Shown here: in pieces, positions 62,563-64,000 of the stretch
Layout: each line of letters begins with the position of its first letter
Position numbering within the stretch: position 1 is the stretch's first letter
Assembly (NCBI GenBank): GCA_002633005.1
Contig: NMRA01000004.1
Coordinates: forward strand, 870,719-934,718
DNA length: 64,000 nt
Origin: Phoronis australis
Taxonomy: Eukaryota; Animalia; Phoronida
Direction: 5' to 3'
The notes under the pieces: model-generated
Told to the model about the DNA's origin: nothing
The model's input: the letters and a program-made list of their open reading frames with translations, nothing else
The model's database searches: none
Position numbers and translations under genes: made by a program

Positions 62563-64000
62563 ATCGTCCTGCTTTCAGACTTGTGACTGTCCTCTTTCTT
62601 TACAAACGTCGTCGTTCTCTTGCAAGTAACAAATAAGCGACGACTCAAGAAATGCCGTCGTTATCTTATCTCCAAGTGTTTACGGAAAGCGATTGTTGAA
62701 TTAAAGGCCTGCTAATTAGAAATTGTCAACTTCGGAGCGGACTTCAGATTTCTCCGAGAAAGTTCAGACCACGCCTTATGCGACTTTGGGTAGTGCCTAT
62801 CTATGTTAACCCAGTAAACACCACGGAATTACACTCCCAACAGTTCACATTACAGTTAAACACATGTACACCTACTCTTGGCTGAGAATAGTGTACAAGC
62901 AACATGTATTAACAGGTTCTTCGAACTTTGCTCATGACCCCAGCGACCTTGGACTGATAGACAGGTCATGTGCATCGTTGCAACCACCGGTTAACATCTG
63001 TATCCGAGATACAACGTAACTGAGACGACGACCAGAGGGCTTTGAGTGACCGACATAGTTTGAAGGGCAACGGATGAAGAAACAGAAATCCTAAAACAAC
63101 TAGTACAGACAGGGGTTGGTACGACTGCAGGCCCGTAACCAGCATTGCACAGCCAGGGGGGTGGTTCGAATTTCCCTGACCTTTGATATTTTGCAAACAT
63201 CGACAGTAGAGTTTTCGGTAAGGCCCTTAATTGACGCAGCTAAATTATGTGGACGGGGGAAACTGTATCCACGGCAACGATGGCTCTAAATCCTATGATT
63301 CTGCATGAGAGGAGACGGAATTTGCAATAGGCCTACCAGAAGAATGGGGATACCGTGCATGGATGCTCGCACAGAACGGGACTTGGAAGTAATGTGGTCC
63401 ACAAATAGAACATTATTTCTCTCGTTACCTCCTGCCAAACTTTTAATGAGTGAACATACTCGGACGAAAATATTTAGTCAGAGAATGACTTGGCGTAATT
63501 TTTCATTTGATTGCATTTTTGTTACTTACATTGCTTAAATCGCTAAATCGGTAAATAAAACAACAAGAATGGATCAACTGAAATTTGAAATTTTCGGAGG
63601 TAACAACCTCCTTTATCAACAAAAACAGATATAAAGTAAAATCAAACACGAAATGACAATTGACATATAAGATATGGTGTAATGAAAATGATACATTTAT
63701 GCGTAAAAAATTCAATGACATATTTTAAGTTTTTATGTTCAATCCATGAGGTTCTATTGTATTCAGTTTGTCTATCCAATATTGTTCTCTTTTAAGTCTG
63801 TGAGGGGTACTGGGGTGTTGGAGTTTTTCTATTATTTGTACAGAAAGATCTTGAATATTATGGTTTTTGGAATTGAAATGATTACCTACAGTATCAGAAA
63901 TGTTTTTATGTATTATGTTAAATCTATGATTACGAAACCGAGTTTGTAGATTATGTTGAGTTTGTCCTACGTATTGGATAGAACATTTTTTACAAGTTAT

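Overview
Eukaryotic, intron-rich genomic DNA, most likely from a marine invertebrate (lophotrochozoan such as a mollusc; inferred from gene content and repeat types). It is not prokaryotic, so most short ORFs in the supplied track are noise or exon fragments. Almost the whole window is one minus-strand gene that I reconstructed by hand as 31 phase-consistent coding exons (55980 to 5193, about 5083 aa). It encodes a giant type-I membrane mucin-like protein: signal peptide, a single 8436-nt exon of Cys-free Ser-rich ~57-aa Trp-punctuated repeats, 2 EGF, NIDO, AMOP, vWD (GDPH site), a cadherin-like module, a long EGF/cbEGF array, a Thr-rich mucin stalk, EGF, SEA (GSV site), 2 EGF, TM and a Tyr-rich tail. 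Upstream on the same strand is a complete 3-exon MFSD4/NaGLT1-like MFS transporter (about 489 aa) whose first intron uses a GC donor. Introns contain TTAA-flanked Kolobok-like elements, MITEs (one with a perfect 5-bp TSD), a Helentron/HINE-like element with a higher-order internal array, a decayed L2/CR1-type LINE, a perfect 61-bp palindrome, small tandem duplications, a 202-N gap and a strong excess of TACATGTA. All calls come from reading the sequence; no searches were run.
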